A stretch of DNA of 55,299 bases, from the NCBI GenBank assembly GCA_937884705.1, contig CAKZYL010000458.1:1-55299 (forward strand), read 5' to 3'. Positions 54,632 through 55,299 of this stretch are shown here, piece by piece. Every line of letters starts with the position of its first letter. The stretch's first letter is position 1. The notes beneath the pieces were generated by a model. The model saw only the letters and a program-made list of their open reading frames with translations, was not told where the DNA came from and searched no databases. The position numbers and the translations under genes were made by a program. Origin of the DNA: an uncultured Roseovarius sp. (GTDB lineage Bacteria; Pseudomonadota; Alphaproteobacteria; Rhodobacterales; Rhodobacteraceae).

Positions 54632-54674
54632 GTGCCCTTTTCACTGCTGGGGCATAGTGCTGGGACTCAATGCG

Positions 54675-55163
54675 CTAGTTCCCTACTTGTTCACGCTTCT
54701 TCATCTCCCGCCGAAATTTGATATCATCGATTGTTTCGCCACGCGGGCTCTTGCGATAGTCCCACCGTCTCCACGTTGATTTACGAGCTTGAATCGTAAT
54801 GGTCTCAATCTCACACGGAACCGTCTCAAAGATCAGTATTTGCTCCAGCTGATCGCTAAGATGAAACCACTCGTTGTGATGATGCTTCTTGGAGAGAGCT
54901 CTATGAATGCGGTTCTCATCCGCAGTAGTTCCCTCCAAAGCTCCCAGAAGACATAGCTGAAACGGAATATGTCCCTGAAGAGTCTTCATGCGTGACGATA
55001 TGCATTGGCTGTGACCGACCTTCACGTAGTTTCTGCAAGTGATGAAATAGACTCCCGCGAGCTCCTCCGCTTCTCCATACTCAAGAGGAGCATCATGAAC
55101 TGGATGACCTTGATTGATTGCGGCCAGAAGCATGTCTATAGATCGGTCTTCCATGGTTTCCAC
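54675..55163 (-). CDS. GIY-YIG superfamily (T5orf172/MUG113-like) protein
   Basis: GVYFI...VKVGHS...RMKTLQ...ENRIHRAL...NEWF. Confidence 0.8.
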   Translation of the reverse strand: METMEDRSIDMLLAAINQGHPVHDAPLEYGEAEELAGVYFITCRNYVKVGHSQCISSRMKTLQGHIPFQLCLLGALEGTTADENRIHRALSKKHHHNEWFHLSDQLEQILIFETVPCEIETITIQARKSTWRRWDYRKSPRGETIDDIKFRREMKKREQVGN

Positions 55164-55244
55164 TTTACCACCTAACCCTTTGATTCTTGGTGTGTGATTC
55201 TTGTTCGGTTTCCAGGCAGTATATTGAAGTATATGCCTAAACTG

Positions 55245-55299
55245 CGGCCTTCGAAGCCGAGGGTTGGGAGTTCGAACCTCTCCGAGGGTGCCAAATTTC
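55245..55299 (+). repeat. att core (right junction), duplicated tRNA 3' end
   Basis: Identical to 1-55. Confidence 0.95.

Larger units (their letters stand above)
51894..54637 (+). repeat. Dispersed intergenic motif AACGAGAAGGTGCG / AGGTGC separating small ORFs
   Basis: Exact 14-mer at 52461, 53827, 54046; variants at 51894, 52101, 52724, 53139, 53681, 54252, 54349, 54629. Confidence 0.8.
1..55299. mobile_element. Complete temperate prophage with podovirus-type morphogenesis genes, integrated at tRNA-Arg
   Basis: Terminal 55-bp direct repeats, integrase beside att, immunity, replication, packaging, head, tail and lysis modules; no tape-measure-like gene recognised. Confidence 0.95.

Overview
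The whole window is one apparently complete temperate prophage of about 55.2 kb. It is bounded by a perfect 55-bp direct repeat (1-55 and 55245-55299) that is the 3' part of a tRNA-Arg gene with anticodon TCG. Gene content suggests an alphaproteobacterial host (inference). Order: tyrosine integrase and excisionase; a leftward early operon (Cdc123-like ATP-grasp, HNHs, DUF1367-like, ERF); an accessory PAS/GNAT/XRE cassette; cI/cro with 17-bp operators; replication initiator with iterons and DnaB; NusG-like antiterminator; terminase; podovirus-type head, tail and ejection genes; receptor-binding genes; lysis cassette; and a terminal block of small genes. The strongest candidate for an unusual system is an insert between the ejection genes at about 32.5-35.2 kb. 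It holds a non-coding run of 13 in-register pentamers, (G/C)GY-NN (33576-33640), closed by a short stem. Directly downstream are a stand-alone RAMP/Cas7-like gene and a coupled partner gene, so this looks like a compact RNA-guided module with a non-contiguous guide. Other highlights: a circularly permuted tRNA mimic (YrlA/Y-RNA-like) with no recognisable Ro60 gene, an array of about 13 small ORFs punctuated by a conserved AGGTGC motif, a CI whose self-cleavage dyad looks degenerate, and a polyvalent ejection protein. All family assignments come from motif recognition by eye, not database searches.
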